This document shows, piece after piece, positions 24,587 to 37,558 of a DNA stretch of 64,000 nucleotides (the first letter of the stretch is position 1; each line of letters starts with the position of its first letter). The notes under the pieces were generated by a model, which had not been told where the DNA came from, did not search any database, and worked only from the letters and a program-made list of their open reading frames with translations. Made by a program: the position numbers and the translations under genes. This DNA comes from Emiliania huxleyi CCMP1516 (taxonomy: Eukaryota), in assembly GCF_000372725.1 (NCBI RefSeq), contig NW_005201240.1:154250-218249 (forward strand), in the 5' to 3' direction.

Positions 24587-26942
24587 TGTGTGTGTTTGTG
24601 TGTGTGCTCGCTCCTCGTTGGGCGTGCATCGCTCGAGCGGTGCGTGGCTGTCGGCGGAGCGGTTGAGCGCCCGGATGGTACAGCGGAGCGCCTGCGGGAA
24701 GGCTGTGCAAGAAGGGTCCGAGACGGCCCCCCCGTCTGCGCAGAGGACGGGGCGGGCGACAGCAGCGCCTCGGCGAGCCACGCGGTGCGGTGGTCGGGGT
24801 GGTACACGGCGCGGTGCGGCGTCCCTGCGGGGGGAAGGCTCCGAGGAGGTGCCGAGAAGGCTCCTCGGTGCGAAGTGGGGGGGTCCGCACGGCGCTGGTG
24901 CGGCGCTCCTCCGACGAGATGGCGGAGGAGGGCGCCGAAGGGCGAGTTGAGCGGGCAGCCCGGCTTGAGGAGGGTGTAGCGGCGCGGGTAGCGGCGGAAG
25001 ACGACGGTGGTGAGCGCGTTCTGCTCGAACGGCCACTTGAAGGACCAGGTCGGGTTGCCGACCGGCCAGATCCATTCCTTCACTCGTAATTGTCAATGAT
25101 GAATTCTCAATGAGTAATTAACGGCTGCCGCCCGGCCAGATCCACTCCTCGATCGCTCGCAGGATGCCCGCGCCGGCGATCGGGGCGCCCGCGAGCAGGA
25201 GCACGCCAGAGTTTGCGAGGCCTGCGAGAGGAAGAGAGGAAGCCCCGGGTCAAGAAGAGGACGACTGGTGGCGGGAGGACGGCCGGGCTTGCGCGTGCCG
25301 GCCCTTGTATCGCGGCGCAGCTTCTGCGGTGGGAACTCCTGAGAGGAGAAGGGCAGGATGACAAGAGTGGGGCGACAGCATCGTCATACGCAGCTCCTGC
25401 GGCGGGGACGCCTCCGCCGCAGCGATCCACCGCTCGCCGCGAAGCAGGCCGGTCGCCTCGGGCAGAGGGAGGAAGCCGTAGATCAGGGTGCAACGGCAAG
25501 CGACGGGAGTGCGATAGCCAGAGCCGGTGCCTCGGCTGCCACACCTGTGCTATACTCCACTGAACTCCGCCGCTCACCGCCCTGTGCTGTCTGTACCACG
25601 CTACGATCACTCGCCTCGAGCAGAGGCGGCAGCGGCTGCCACACCTCGGTGACAAAGACGTCCGAGTCGATGTACGCCAGGTGGGCGTGCCGGCGGAGCA
25701 GGTAGCGGATCGCGGCGAGCTTAGCCCACGGCGGACCGCGGGGAGGGAAGGGGCCGAGGCGGTGGTCGGCGGGCAGCCCTACTCGCAACCCTTCTCTGGT
25801 GTGTGCGATGCCACCTGCCCAGTCTCGGCCCAGTCTCGGCCCAGTCTCGGCCCCAGTCTCGGCCCCGTCTCGCCTGGGCAGACGGGGTCGCGGTTGGTGT
25901 ACTGCTGCATCCCCTCCCTCCACGCCCACTTCGGCTCGGATCGCTGGCTCGGCTCGAGGGCGTCGTTCCAGTCCGCCTGTGGACGTGTCGTGGGCCGTGT
26001 CGTGGGCCGTGTCGTGGGCCGTGTCGTGGGCCGTGTCGTGGGCCGTGTCGTGGGCCGTGTCGTGGGCCGTGTCGTGGGCCGTGTCGTGGACGTGTCGTGG
26101 GACGTGTCGCGGCTCGAGGGCGGCGTCCCCGGCCCGCCTCGGTCACGCCGATGTGCAGGTGCGGGCACGGGTTCTCGAGGTAGAAGCGGTAGCCGTGCAG
26201 CTGCGCGTAGATGTGGTTCGTGACGAGCGCGAGCTGGAAAGTGCCCATCTTCTCCGTCCGCGACTGCAGCACCTCCTCGGGCGTCCCCTTGCCCTCGACA
26301 CCTGGAAGGAAGGTTCCGAGAAGGCTCGTGGAAGGCTCCGGCACCTCCTCGGGCGTCCCCTTTGCCCTCGACACCGGCGTTGCCGTTCGGGGCCGGCCCG
26401 CCGCCGTGTGCAGCGGTGGGACGCCACCTCTCGGTTAGCACGCTGCGCGGGAGGCCCCACTCTTCCGGAGAGCGAAGCGTCGTCCCGCCAACCTCGTACG
26501 CAAACGGTGGCCGCGAGTCAACCATCAGGATCGCCACGTCCAGCGCCGCCGCCGCCTCGCCGCCGCCGCCACTGCTGCCGCCGCCACTGCTGCCGCCGCT
26601 GCTACCGCTGCCGCCGCCGCCGCTGCTGTTGCCGGCGCTGCTGGCTCCCGCCTCGGCCGGCCGCGGCGGGCGGTACCAGCACTCTTGCTCCTTCATGAGC
26701 CAGCGTGTGCCAAGCACGCCATCCAGCTTGTTCTTGATGATCTTGTCGATGTCGGCGCCGTGCAGAGACCGTGCCTGGAATAGAGAGAGCGCCCGCAGGC
26801 CCTGCGCCGTCTCGAGGTCCGGCTTGCCGCGAACGTTGGCGGGCGGGCTGCGCAGGAAGTCGGGCGTGAGCGCCGGCGTGTAGCGGTCGGCTGGCCTGCT
26901 GAGGTACCAGTCGCCCTGCGCGAGGTCGATCGCGCGTGGCAT
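23893..26942 (-). CDS. GT34-like (GMA12/MNN10) glycosyltransferase with C-terminal PAN/apple-like Cys module, multi-exon
   Basis: NHIYAQLHGYRF, PPWAKLAAIRYLL, YIDSDVF (DxD), WPFEQNAL. C-terminal CCGLCNADEACAGWTF...CVL. Confidence 0.72.
24403..24606. repeat. (TG)n/(TGCG)n microsatellite, intronic
   Basis: Directly visible. Confidence 0.97.
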
Positions 26943-27336
26943 GCCGCGTGTTGTGAGAGCGGTTGCACAACACACACACGTGTGCCCCGGCCGCCAGCCG
27001 CGCTTAAAGAATTTAAGCTGCCACGTTTGTGCCGCATCCTGTGCCCCCGAGGCGAAGAAGCAAGAACAGGGCTGAAAACAATCACCGTAAACTTCCATAA
27101 GTAAAATGAATTAACTTCCAAAACTTCCAAAACGAGTTTTCCCCGCTGTCGGGATCTCGCACGACGTCCATTTCTCTGCATATGCTTGATGATTTTTTCT
27201 AGGCAAAAAAAGAAAAGGGACGCGGCCAAGGACCCAATAAGGCCGTGACGCCCTTAGACCCAGGTGCGTTGCAAGCGACTCGCCCCCCCGGGGGGCACAA
27301 GATCTCGGATCTCGGGCTTCTCCAACCGAGAGCTCG

Positions 27337-28826
27337 ATGCTGGACCCACCGCTGTCCCGCCGACTCCCGTCGACGGTCTAACTGTTCGTGCTCGGCGTGA
27401 TCGCCTTCCTCGCGATCGGCGCAACATCGCCCTCCTCGCTCCTCGTCGCCGAGAGGAGCAGCGTTCGCCACCCGGTGGTGGTCGTGGGGCCACTAATAGG
27501 ACAGACGCTGCAAGTCAATGATGCGCGATGGCTCCATCCGTGCAGCCCGTGGACGCCAACGTGGACAACGGCGTGGGTGAACTTGGACAAGTTTGCCGCA
27601 GTTTGTGCGTTTCACAGTTCCCACGCGCAGCTGGGACTCACCTTTGACCCGACGACGAACCGGACCAAGTCTCCGGAGCATGTGCAGGTGAGGGTTGCCG
27701 AGGGTTGGGCTGGCTTGACGGTTTTCGGATATGAGGTGTACGGCAACCTAACCCAACGGCTGGAATCCGAAGGGTTTGTCAGAGACGTCGATATCCTCCC
27801 GATGGGCTATGACTGGCGGTTGAGCGTTGCCGACTGGGAGCAAGAAGCCTTCCCTCGCTTCTTCAGGACAATCTCAGACGCGGTGTCGAAGAATGGTCAG
27901 CCGGTTGTGCTGACTGGCCTATCGATGGCGGCTCCGTTCACGCACGCGTTCCTGAGATGGGCAAACGCAAAGCGCGGGGGCAAGAGTTGGGTGCAAAAGA
28001 ACGTGCACGCCTTCGTGCCGGTCGGAGGCCCCTTCAATGGCGCAGTTAATGCGCTATCAGCACTCGTCGGCGGAATGGCCTTTGCCTACACGCCCCCGGG
28101 CCAGCCAGGCGCTGCCAAGTTCACGTGATGGCCGAGCAGGTGAGCGAGGAACACTTTGTGATAAAAGCCGTGGACGGGTTTGGGGCTGTACTGAAGGAGC
28201 TCCTCATGGATTGGCTCCTCACGGATTTCACGCGGCTGGCCCGAGAGTTTCCATCCTCGTACTGGATGTCGCCGGGCGTGGACGACTCCATACCCGACAG
28301 AAGCTACGTCACGCTCCAAGGGCCATGGGCGCAGCCAGAAGAGATCAAGGCTTCCGGCCTGCCATCTCTGTTCAGGAGGCTGCTCATGCACGACGAGGCG
28401 GAGCACATGAAATATGCCTTGTCTGTCGGGACGATCGAAGATCCTGGTGTCCCGACGCACTGCATTTACAGTCATAACGTGCGCACCTTTTCCCACCTCA
28501 CTTTCCCCGGGGCCTTCGCAGAGATCGGAGCTTCGGTCGAAATCGGAGATGGCGACGGGACGGTCCATTCTGACAGCTTGTCCGTGTGCGAGCGTTGGAA
28601 GAGCACGGTCAAGGTCTACAAACTGCCAGGTGTGCCTCACGAAGGCATGATGACCGTCGGGCAAGTCCATGATGTCATTGTGGGGGTAGCCAAGGATGAC
28701 GCAGCGCTCGACGCGTGGACGTCACCAGCTTTTGTGGACTTGGATGTGCCGCGAGACGGAATGACCAATGCGACTATCCTGGATGATTGGCAGGCCAGGC
28801 TGCTCGTGGCGAAAGAGGACGCCTAG
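27337..28826 (+). pseudogene. LCAT / group XV phospholipase A2-like alpha/beta hydrolase with a nonsense codon and a frameshift
   Basis: HPVVVV, GYDWRL, GLSMA (nucleophile elbow), GDGTV and the catalytic-His region are present. ATG 27337 is in frame but TAA lies at 27379-27381. The frame changes near 28090-28128. Confidence 0.7.
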
Positions 28827-29566
28827 CAGTCTCACCCCGGATAACCCAAGACCAATCCGCCGCCCCGCCGGTGCCGCCGCGGTCGATGCGGGCGCTCCTC
28901 CGAGATCTCGCCTTCGTCGCCGTGACATCCGCATGCTGCGGACACCGCCGCCCGTACTCTCTTCTCTCTCCTACCCTTTGGCCGGGGGCGTGCATTCGCT
29001 CTCCACTAGTTGGCCGCGGCGGTGGCCGCGCGTACTCTCGCGTTCTCGGCTCCCACGCTCTGGTCGCGCCGTGGACTCTCGGCCTGTCTGGCCGGGTCTC
29101 TCTCCGGGCACTGGGCTCTGCGTCTCTGGTCTGCGGGGCGGCAAGACATGGCTAGATATCATGTGGCGGGCAGCCTACGGTAGGCCCCACGTGATCTCGG
29201 AGGTAGAAAAAAACTGTTCATGTTCCACAAAATCAAAAACAAACACGATCGGGTGTAACCGGAAACCGCTGGACTCCACGGGAGCCCCACCGCCCCATTA
29301 TAAGTGCCGCAACCACCCCTGCTCTGCGCGCCGTCGCCGACTCTCGCGGAAGAGCCCTGCGCGGCGCGCGAGCCTGCAAGAAACGTGCTCGGGACAGAGC
29401 TCAGTTGCTGCTGCGCTGACGTCCACGGCAGCGGCATTGGCACCGGCTTCTACCGGGACGGCTAAGCGCGGTACGGGTGCCAAAAAATGGCAAAGCAACC
29501 GCCGACTTTGATTGGACGAGTGCCCCTTGGGTGCCTTACCCGGCGTTCAGCGGCTCGATCTCCAGA

Positions 29567-31550
29567 ATGTTCTCCCTCCTCTCGCTCGCCCCGTTCAGCC
29601 ACGGACACCCATTCGGCGAACCGTGCAACCTCACGGACTTCCCCTACATCCACCTCTCGTGGGATCCATTCGCCGGCGACGTGGGCCTGTACAAGGCAGC
29701 GCCCAAAGCCGAGCTGCCAACCTTCTCCACCGCCACACTTCGCCACCTCGTCGCCTCAGGTCGCGGGCTCCACGTCGACCGACGCAAAAAACATCACCAA
29801 GGAGTGCCACGGCGTCTCGCCCGAGGTTCACCTGAACTACGGACAGAAATACTACTTCGTGCAGAGCGACGAGTCGAACTGGTGGGCTTCTCGCAGAGCT
29901 CTGTCGCCCTCGGGGCACGCGAGCGGCTCAAGCGTCCACCCCCGCCCGCCTCTCCTCTTCGCAGGTACCACCCTGTCGGGTTCGCATACGAGGTGGGAGG
30001 GGCGCACAACACCTGCGCGTGCCCCGCTGACGCACCGGACTGCCCCAACATTGCCGTCGAGGGAGAGTGCCCCGAGCTCGGCGGCGAGGGGGTGGACGGG
30101 ACGATGTCCACCATCCAGTACATCACCAAGACCGTCGCGGAAACGAAAGACGAGAGTGGCTTCGGCCTCGACGCATACGAGCCCTTCTTCTTCTACCCTT
30201 TCGGCGACTGGTATGAGGGCTGCGGCGGCGCCGACGCACCCTGCCACGTCGAGTTTGCTGTGACTCAGAGAGCCCACTCCCGAGAGCTCAATACGAGAAG
30301 GCATGTATGATCGGTGTTCGTGTCGTGTCGTGTCGTGTAGGTCTCGGACCCCTCGCAGTTCCCGGAGGGGAAGCTCCGCAAGTACGTCTACTACTTCTGC
30401 CACATCCACCCGGGCATGTCGGCAAAGATCGTGCTCGAGAATCTGCCGAACCCGGACGGGGCCATCGTCCCGTACTGCGCGGATGGCTCAATCCCCGGCT
30501 GCCCCGAGCCGACGGCCCCCGACCCGTCCGACTTCGACGAGAAGTGCGGCACGTGGAACACAGGCGAGCACACGAGGGAGATCGCGCCTCTCCCCTGGGG
30601 AGGCGGCCTGGATCCGTCCTCGACCCGTCCTTTAGGTCCCTACGCCCCAGGGGCAACGCAGTACCCGCACTGCAAGGGCAAGAAGTTCCTCTGCAGCAAC
30701 GAGCCGAACAGCGAGGCGCCGGAGAACGACTTCAACGAGTGCCTCGAGGCGATCGACTGCCAGATGCACCAGGAGATGGCCGTCTCTGCGGAGGGCGCGA
30801 CGATGGCGGCCACCTTCCTCCGCCAGATGATCCCGCACCACGCCAACGCCGTCGCGATGGCCAAGACCCTGCTCAAGATGGACCCTGGAACCGTCGACAC
30901 GGAGGCGACATCCCCATCGCCCCCCTGGAACCCCCCCCCCCCCACTGACCCGTGTCTCCCCCCACACCCAAACCAGTTTGACGGCGAAAAGACGCTCAAG
31001 GGTCTGCTGATGGACATCATCAACGTGCAAAACTTCCAGATCGCCACCATGAAGGGCCTGCTCGAGGAGCCCCCCCCCCCCCCCCCCCCCCGCGCCCCGG
31101 CTGCGACGCGCCGAAAAAGGTGGAAGGACACCCCTCTCAGCACGCGGCTCGGCTGCCCGACGCGCCCTTGCCCGCGTCCGCAGCGGCGTCGAGCCGGCGG
31201 CGGCGCTTCTCGCGCCAGTCCGCCTAAAGCACGGGTAGATCTCGGGTAGATCTCGGGTAGATCTCGGGTAGATCTCGGGTAGATCTCGGCGAATCTCAGC
31301 TACATCTCACGCCAGTCCACCAACAGCGCGCCCGCGGCCGATGCCCCCTCCCGCCCTCTCACACCAACCGGCAAGCCTCGGTCGCTCGACTCGGCTCCTC
31401 GCCGCATCCACCCCCCCCCACTACCGCCCGTCGACCCGCCTCTGCGGACCCATCTCTCCGTCTCTCTACCTGCCGCCTCGTCGTCGTCGTCCTGGCGGCG
31501 GCGTGGAGGCCGCGACGGCGAGCGGCTGCGGCGGCCGGCCTGCGTTGTGA
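29567..31550 (+). CDS. Probable secreted protein with cupredoxin-type C-x-x-H-x-x-M motif and DUF305-like domain, multi-exon (3' end uncertain)
   Basis: NW|YHPVGFAY, YYFCHIHPGMSAKI, FLRQMIPHHANAVAMAKTLL, IINVQNFQI. Confidence 0.7.
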
Positions 31551-31566
31551 GCAGGACAGACTCGGG

Positions 31567-31640
31567 GTGTGAATACGAGTGGTGTGAATACGAGTGGTGT
31601 GAATGCGAGTGGTGTGAATGCGAGTGGTGTGAATGCGAGT
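31567..31640. repeat. 15-bp tandem repeat GTGTGAAT(A/G)CGAGTG x~5
   Basis: Directly visible between two convergent genes. Confidence 0.9.
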
Positions 31641-31654
31641 GTCTGGCCGTGCAC

Positions 31655-34085
31655 TCAGCGAGCCTCGCGTGCGTTACCGGAGCTGCGGAGACAGTGCGAT
31701 ACAGCCGAGCACGTGACCTCTCGAGCGCTGGCCCGATCCCCGCATCTACAGCCCCCGACAGGCGAGCGGCTGCGGCGGTGGCTCGCCGGCGCGCGGCGGC
31801 GGTCCTGCCGTGAGCGCGAGCGTGATCGCCGGTCTCTGCGAGGGCGGCTCCTCCGCCCCGAGTCTGAGTCGGAGTCCGACGACGAGGAGGAGGAGGAGGA
31901 GGAGGAGGAGGAGGAGTCGCCGCCCTTCTCCTCGGGCGGCAGCTTGGCGAGCTCGACTGTGCGCTGGTGGAGGAGCGGCTCGTCCACGGCGAGCCTGCAG
32001 GAGAGGACCCGAGAGGACCCGAGGTGACCAGAGGTGACCCGAGGGGACCCGAGGGGACCCGAGAGGACCCGAGGATACGGCTCCTCCACGGCGCGCCTCT
32101 CCGCGAGGCGCTTGGACATCTTCGGTCGCGACTTGACGACGCGCCGCCAGACAGAGTCGAAGGAGGAGCGAGGGCACAAGTTCTGCGTGACGGCGACGGT
32201 CACCTGTCGATCATTGGCGGCGGGTGCTTCGCTCGCTCGCGAGGGACCAGGCTCTGCGTGAGTTGCGGCGGCGTCACGTCGAGGTTGAGCACGCAGTGCC
32301 ACCAGCCGCCCGGCACATACACCGTCTCGCCTGCAGGAGAGTACCCGAGAGTACCCGAGAGTACCCGAGAGTACCCGAGAGTACCCTAGAGTACCCGAGA
32401 GGACCCGAGAGGACCCGAGAGGACCCGGCACGTACACCGTCTCTGCAGGCACGTCTCTCCCCGTCTCTCCCCGTCTCTCTCAATCTCTCCCCGTCTCTCC
32501 CCGTCTCTCTCCCCGTCTCTCTCCCCGTCTCTCCGTCTCTCCCCCCCCCCCGGCACGCACGCCGAGGGCTCCTCGGGGGGGGAGGGGCTCCTTCCAGTCC
32601 CGTGTGTACCACCGCCCGCACACAGTGGTGCGCGAAAGTGAGGGGCCCCGGTCCCTCTCGGCTGCCTCTCGGCTGCCTCTCGGCTACCTCTCTCGCCCGC
32701 GGTCTGCACGAGGGTGAGTGGGCGGTGGTCTGGGTCGGTCGCGGCGGCGAGCTTCGGGTAGACATTCGCCCACCACGCAACCGCCTCCCTGCCTAATGTT
32801 CAGTCTCCGACGGCCACTCCCTCGTCAACTCCCAACCCCTCGCCCGCACACGCGACCGCCTCCCCGCCTCCGTGCAGCTTCGGCGTCGGCTGGACGACCT
32901 CCTTCGGCACGTGGGGCGGGAGGAGCGCCTGGAAAAGAAAGCCGCCGGCTCACGAGACAGGAAGCGGGTCCGGAGCGGCGCGGTGGAGCGGCAGGAGAGG
33001 ACCCAAAGCTTGCGGCCCTGCAGCAGAGCGTTCCACGCCGACGTGCCGAGCGGGTCGATGTGGACGTACGAGCCGGAGCGAGCCGGGCCGAGCACAAACC
33101 AGCGATACGGAGGCCGCCGCCTCTCGCCCGCGTACCTAATCTCGGCTCCTCTCGCCTCCTCTCTCTCGCCCGCAGCCCTGCCAATGCAGCCCCATGGCTC
33201 TGGCTCATGCCGGCCGCAGTCTTCCGCGCATGGAGGGGCGCTTCTCGCCCGCGATACACCGGAGCAGGTCGCCGCAGGAGCACTGCGGCGGCTATATCTC
33301 CGCTGCCTCTCCGCTGCCTCTCCGCTGCCTCTCGGCTGCCTCTCCGCTGCCTCTCCGCTGCCTCTCGGCTGCCTCTCCGCTGCCTCTCGGCTGCCTCTCC
33401 GCTGCCTCTCCGCGGCGCGTACCGGAAGAGGTCGTCTGCAAAGTAGTGCGGCGGCGCGTAGTCGCGACCGAGCCGTGAGGTGCCGCTCCGCTCGGCAAAG
33501 GAGGAGTCGAAGACGTAGAGGGGAGAGTCATCGCGGCTCGTCGCGAGGTAGCGCAGGTAGTACCTACTCTCGACACCACCTCATCGCCTCGCCCGCAGAC
33601 CGACCCGGCGAGAGGCGCGGCGCGGGGCGGCGCTTGAGCTTGAGCCACACCGCGTACGAGTCGTCGTCCTCTCCGACCTTGAAGCGCTCGCCGCCATACT
33701 GCCGCAGCAGCTCGCCCAGCGACCACGCCCCGCCGCGGCCCTGCCTGTCGCCCGCCGCGCCCGCCGCCCAGCTTTCGGTCGCGCCACGGATCACCACCGG
33801 CCGCCGCGGCTGCTCCCAGTCGCGCACGAACTCCTCGCGGCTGACCTCGCGCGTGTCGATGCGCGGCCCGTTGTCCGGGATCGCCTCGAGCTGCGCGGCG
33901 AGCGCCGTGTCGGAGGCGAACGAGGCCTTGCGCCAGTCCTCGGCGGTGCGGCGTGGGTAGATGAGCCGCTTCGCCTTCCCGATGCGGCGCTCGAAGCGCT
34001 CGGCCGGCTCCGCTAGCAGCTCGCGCCAGGCGGGGTCCTCCGTGGGGACCGAAGGGTCGACCGTTGCGTCGGATGGCGTTGGCAT
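31655..34085 (-). CDS. JMJD6: JmjC-domain lysyl hydroxylase JMJD6, multi-exon
   Basis: [67 protein letters not shown] and a C-terminal poly-Ser tract. Confidence 0.93.
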
Positions 34086-35153
34086 TGCGCAGTCTCCTCT
34101 CGGGCACGTCGGCGTGGCAGGACAACGCGGGTGTATTCTTTTTTTTTGAGAGCGCCTTCGTCGTTGTTTGCTACATTGTAGGGCTGGGGGGCACTTCAAC
34201 CTGCAAAAACCTGGCCGGTCCCTGCGGTGCCCCTACCTCCTACCTACCTACCCACCCTACTTATGGGAAACTAAAAAAGAAATCACTGGAGGGGTGAAGG
34301 TGGGGATACCAACTTAAAGTGATGGGTGGTGGTACTCTCCTGCAACCACAGTCCTTCCTGTGACATGGCAGGCCACTCTCAGGCCCTACAAGCCTCAGAT
34401 CACCCATTTGGGGACGTTTGACATCGTGATTTGGCCGGAAATTTTCTTTTTCTGCTGTGAAAATTCCGCGTGAAGAGAGGGAAAACCCCGACGGGAGGGC
34501 CCAGACCTACCCTACCTACCCCGTCATGAGTGCCGCCCACGCAAAAAAAGAATACACCGGGACGAACCAAGAATTTTCGTTACATTTCGATGCCTGAGAG
34601 GCTGAGAGATTAGCACGCCCTTGGCGCGCTTGGTTTTGGAGCACTTGGAGTGCAGTCATTAACCGCACATCCAGGGCCGGGGAGCTAAGAAGCGCACCCA
34701 GCGGGCCGGATGATTGGCATCGGGTTGCGGGCAAGAGAGCCCTAGCCCTGGGGGTGCGCGTTCGCAGGGAAAGGGCCGTAAAGTAAACACGGGTCTCCGA
34801 GGGTTAGTCCGCGCTCCGGGTTTCCCCTAGCAGCGGAGCGCCCCCTCTACTCGGAGCTAGTAAACACCAGCCAGACATGCACACGACGTACAGCACACGA
34901 ACGACGTACCTACCTCCCCACTCGACGTCTCCCCTCTGGGCTTCTCCGTTCGGCCTCCCCACCCTCGGTCCGGAGGGGGGCCCCTATCCTCTCGGTCCTC
35001 CCCCCCACTCGCTTTCCGCTGGTTGGGCAACGGATGCGGGGCGCCGGGGCCCGGCTCCCCCTCCTAGCCTTCTTCGGCCGCGCGGCCCCGCCGCCGTTTC
35101 GTCCCCCTGCCTCTGCCCCTGTCCCTGCCCCCGCAGCAGCTGCCCCTGCCCCC

Positions 35154-35546
35154 ATGTCTTCCGAGGAAAAACAAGCCTATGCCTGGGGGATGCTGGGCAC
35201 CGTTCTGACAGAGGTGGCGAAGGCGCATGGACTGGGACCCGAGGCATGGGAGTCCTGGGCCGAAAAAGCCTTTGCGGAGTATGAAGCCGGGGAACTCAGG
35301 GACTACGTGATGCAGGAAGCGGCAAAACTCGTAGAGGAGATGAAGAAAACTGGAGCGACACCCGCCGAATGCTACACCTTGATTGAATCGGCAATTAAAC
35401 ACAAGATGTTCGACGCCGCGAAAGCAAGCGACTTGGACGCGTTCGACAGGGCCGTTGCAGCGGTCCGGGCCGACGATAAAGTATCGGACAAGATCAAACC
35501 TATCATTGCCGCTTGGAAGGACAAACAGCTTGGCAAGGGACTTTAG
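35154..35546 (+). CDS. Hypothetical intron-less helical protein (~130 aa), possibly element-borne
   Basis: MSSEEKQAYAWGMLG...KQLGKGL has a natural amino-acid composition and more A-rich codons than its neighbours. Confidence 0.4.
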   Translation: MSSEEKQAYAWGMLGTVLTEVAKAHGLGPEAWESWAEKAFAEYEAGELRDYVMQEAAKLVEEMKKTGATPAECYTLIESAIKHKMFDAAKASDLDAFDRAVAAVRADDKVSDKIKPIIAAWKDKQLGKGL

Positions 35547-36532
35547 ATGATTCGACCCCTGAAGAGGGCGGTAAGCCCAATTAATCTCAACTCACGTCCC
35601 TGACGGTTGCACGGGCTGCTGGCGGTGGTGGGTGCTGGCACAGCCGGCGTCGCGATCGGTGGCGCCGCCTTGGCGCAATTGCATTCAGTGGATGCAGAGG
35701 TAGGCGATGGGCGTCCCCGCCTGGCTCCCATTATGCCAAAAAAAACGGGTCCAATGTCCCACTTCCACCCCCGGGAATCCGGGAGGTCGACGAGTCGCGC
35801 CCGCACCCGCGGCCTCTCTATCGTCCTCGGCTCGCCCCCCCCCCCCCCGCCGGCTCCTCTTCAGGCTCGGGGAGGCGTGGCCCTCCCTGTCGAAGATCAC
35901 GGTGGTCCCCCACCGGCCCTGCCACTTCGCTGTTTTCGCGCACTTGGTTTGTCTTTCTTTCCAAAACTCCAAGTACTCCCCGGAGTCGCAAGTGTGCTCG
36001 CACGACACTGGGCAGGCAGGAGGGCCGCAGGGCAGGGCGAGCACACAGCACAAAGAATTTTGCGGTATACAGCACTAGGCACGGGCCTGGCACGCACTTA
36101 CTAACAATAAAACGGCCGGTCGCACGTCCACGCCTCGAGAGCAAGAAGCTCCGCGCCGCCCCGCCCGGCGCTGCCCACCCGCCAACCGGCTGCACCCGCC
36201 GACAGCAGGCGCTCGCGCCGGGTGTGGCTGCTCGGCCCTGCGCCGCAGAGACCGCGCATGCGCACAAACACTGCTCACGCTCACTGGGGGAAACGCTGCG
36301 GTCCCGGCTCCCTCGTACCGTACACGGGCTCCCCTAACGCGTCGAGCTAGCTCTCCGCCCCTCTTACTGTGCGTGTGCCACTCCTCTACTTCGTCTGCCT
36401 ATCGCACGCGTGGGGTGTGCTGCACAACGGTCCCGAGCGGACCTCCGTTCCTCTGTCGGTTGCACGTCCCCCAGAGCGCTCGCCCGCCTCTTTCGCGCCG
36501 CCTCCCCTTGAGAGACATCGAATCACCGCCCT

Positions 36533-37483
36533 TCACGCACCCGCGGCCCATCCGAGGACATAGACCTGCGTCCGCGGAGGCGACACATCAAGTGAAGCGG
36601 ACCGCCAGCTCGTGAGCGGCCACGGCTTAGCCATGCAAAACATGTCAGGGAAGGTGCGGTGGCGGCGGAGGCTGGGGCGGGGCGACACCTGCACGGGCAC
36701 GAGGAGCAGCAACGCGCAGATCATCTGCGCTGCGCTCGACCTGGCGAGACGCTTCGCGCCCTGCCAGAACCACGTGCGCCACGGCCCCGCGTGCCGCCGC
36801 GCCGCCCTCCACGCCGCCGAGATCTCCCGCCACATCTCCCGGCTGGCGGCCACTGTGCCCGACGCGAGCCGCTGAGTTGCGCGCCAGGCGTGCCTCGCGA
36901 GCGGGGTCGGCTCGCCCCCGATGGCGGTGGAGTAGTCTCGCCGGCTTGAAATGGCGGGCTGCACCCCATGCGGCGTATGCTCCAGGTACGGCATCAGCAC
37001 GAGCATCGTGTCCCGGGCCCGCCGCGCCGCGAGAGATGCGAGCCGCGCCGCCTCGAGGCAGCCCAGATTCAGGGTCGGCGCCAGCGCCTTGACTGCGGCG
37101 GAATAAGCCGCCCGCACCTCCGCTACGGAGGCTGCGGCGGACACGTTGAGGATGACCCACGGCAGGAGCTCCGTCCGGTCTGCAGCCTCGCAACTGCACG
37201 ACAAGAGGCCGCAACCAGAGGCGACGCAGGCTCCGGCGACCACCTCGCGGTTGGCGCTGCACCGGCCGCTCCGCCAGTGGCAGTCAATGCTGTCCTGGAG
37301 CGTGGCGCACTGCGCCGCTCCGCTGGGCAGCGAGTCGCCCAGCTCAGAAAAGCTGAAACGATGGTCTCCCGACTCGGCCCACATCCTCGCCGCCGCGTCT
37401 GCATGCCGCCAGGAGGGGGAAGGGAAGCGGGTGGCCCCACCCTTGGCCCCGGCGGCGGGCGCGCAGGCCAGCAGCAGCAGCAT
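36533..37483 (-). CDS. Signal-peptide protein with Cys-rich region and degenerate J-domain
   Basis: MLLLLACAPAAGA. PWVILNVSAAASVAEVRAAYSAAVKALAPT resembles DnaJ helices I-II but lacks HPD. Hydrophobic C-terminus. Confidence 0.55.
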   Translation of the reverse strand: MLLLLACAPAAGAKGGATRFPSPSWRHADAAARMWAESGDHRFSFSELGDSLPSGAAQCATLQDSIDCHWRSGRCSANREVVAGACVASGCGLLSCSCEAADRTELLPWVILNVSAAASVAEVRAAYSAAVKALAPTLNLGCLEAARLASLAARRARDTMLVLMPYLEHTPHGVQPAISSRRDYSTAIGGEPTPLARHAWRATQRLASGTVAASREMWREISAAWRAARRHAGPWRTWFWQGAKRLARSSAAQMICALLLLVPVQVSPRPSLRRHRTFPDMFCMAKPWPLTSWRSASLDVSPPRTQVYVLGWAAGA

Positions 37484-37558
37484 GTCGATCCGGCGCGTCA
37501 ACCGCGTCAACGGGCGTCAACTGGCGTCCCCAGGTGCAGTCACCTGCGTTAGGGTTTG

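Noticed and set aside
24334..24979. HT- and VC-repeat ORFs
   Set aside because: Translations of an intronic (TG)n microsatellite.
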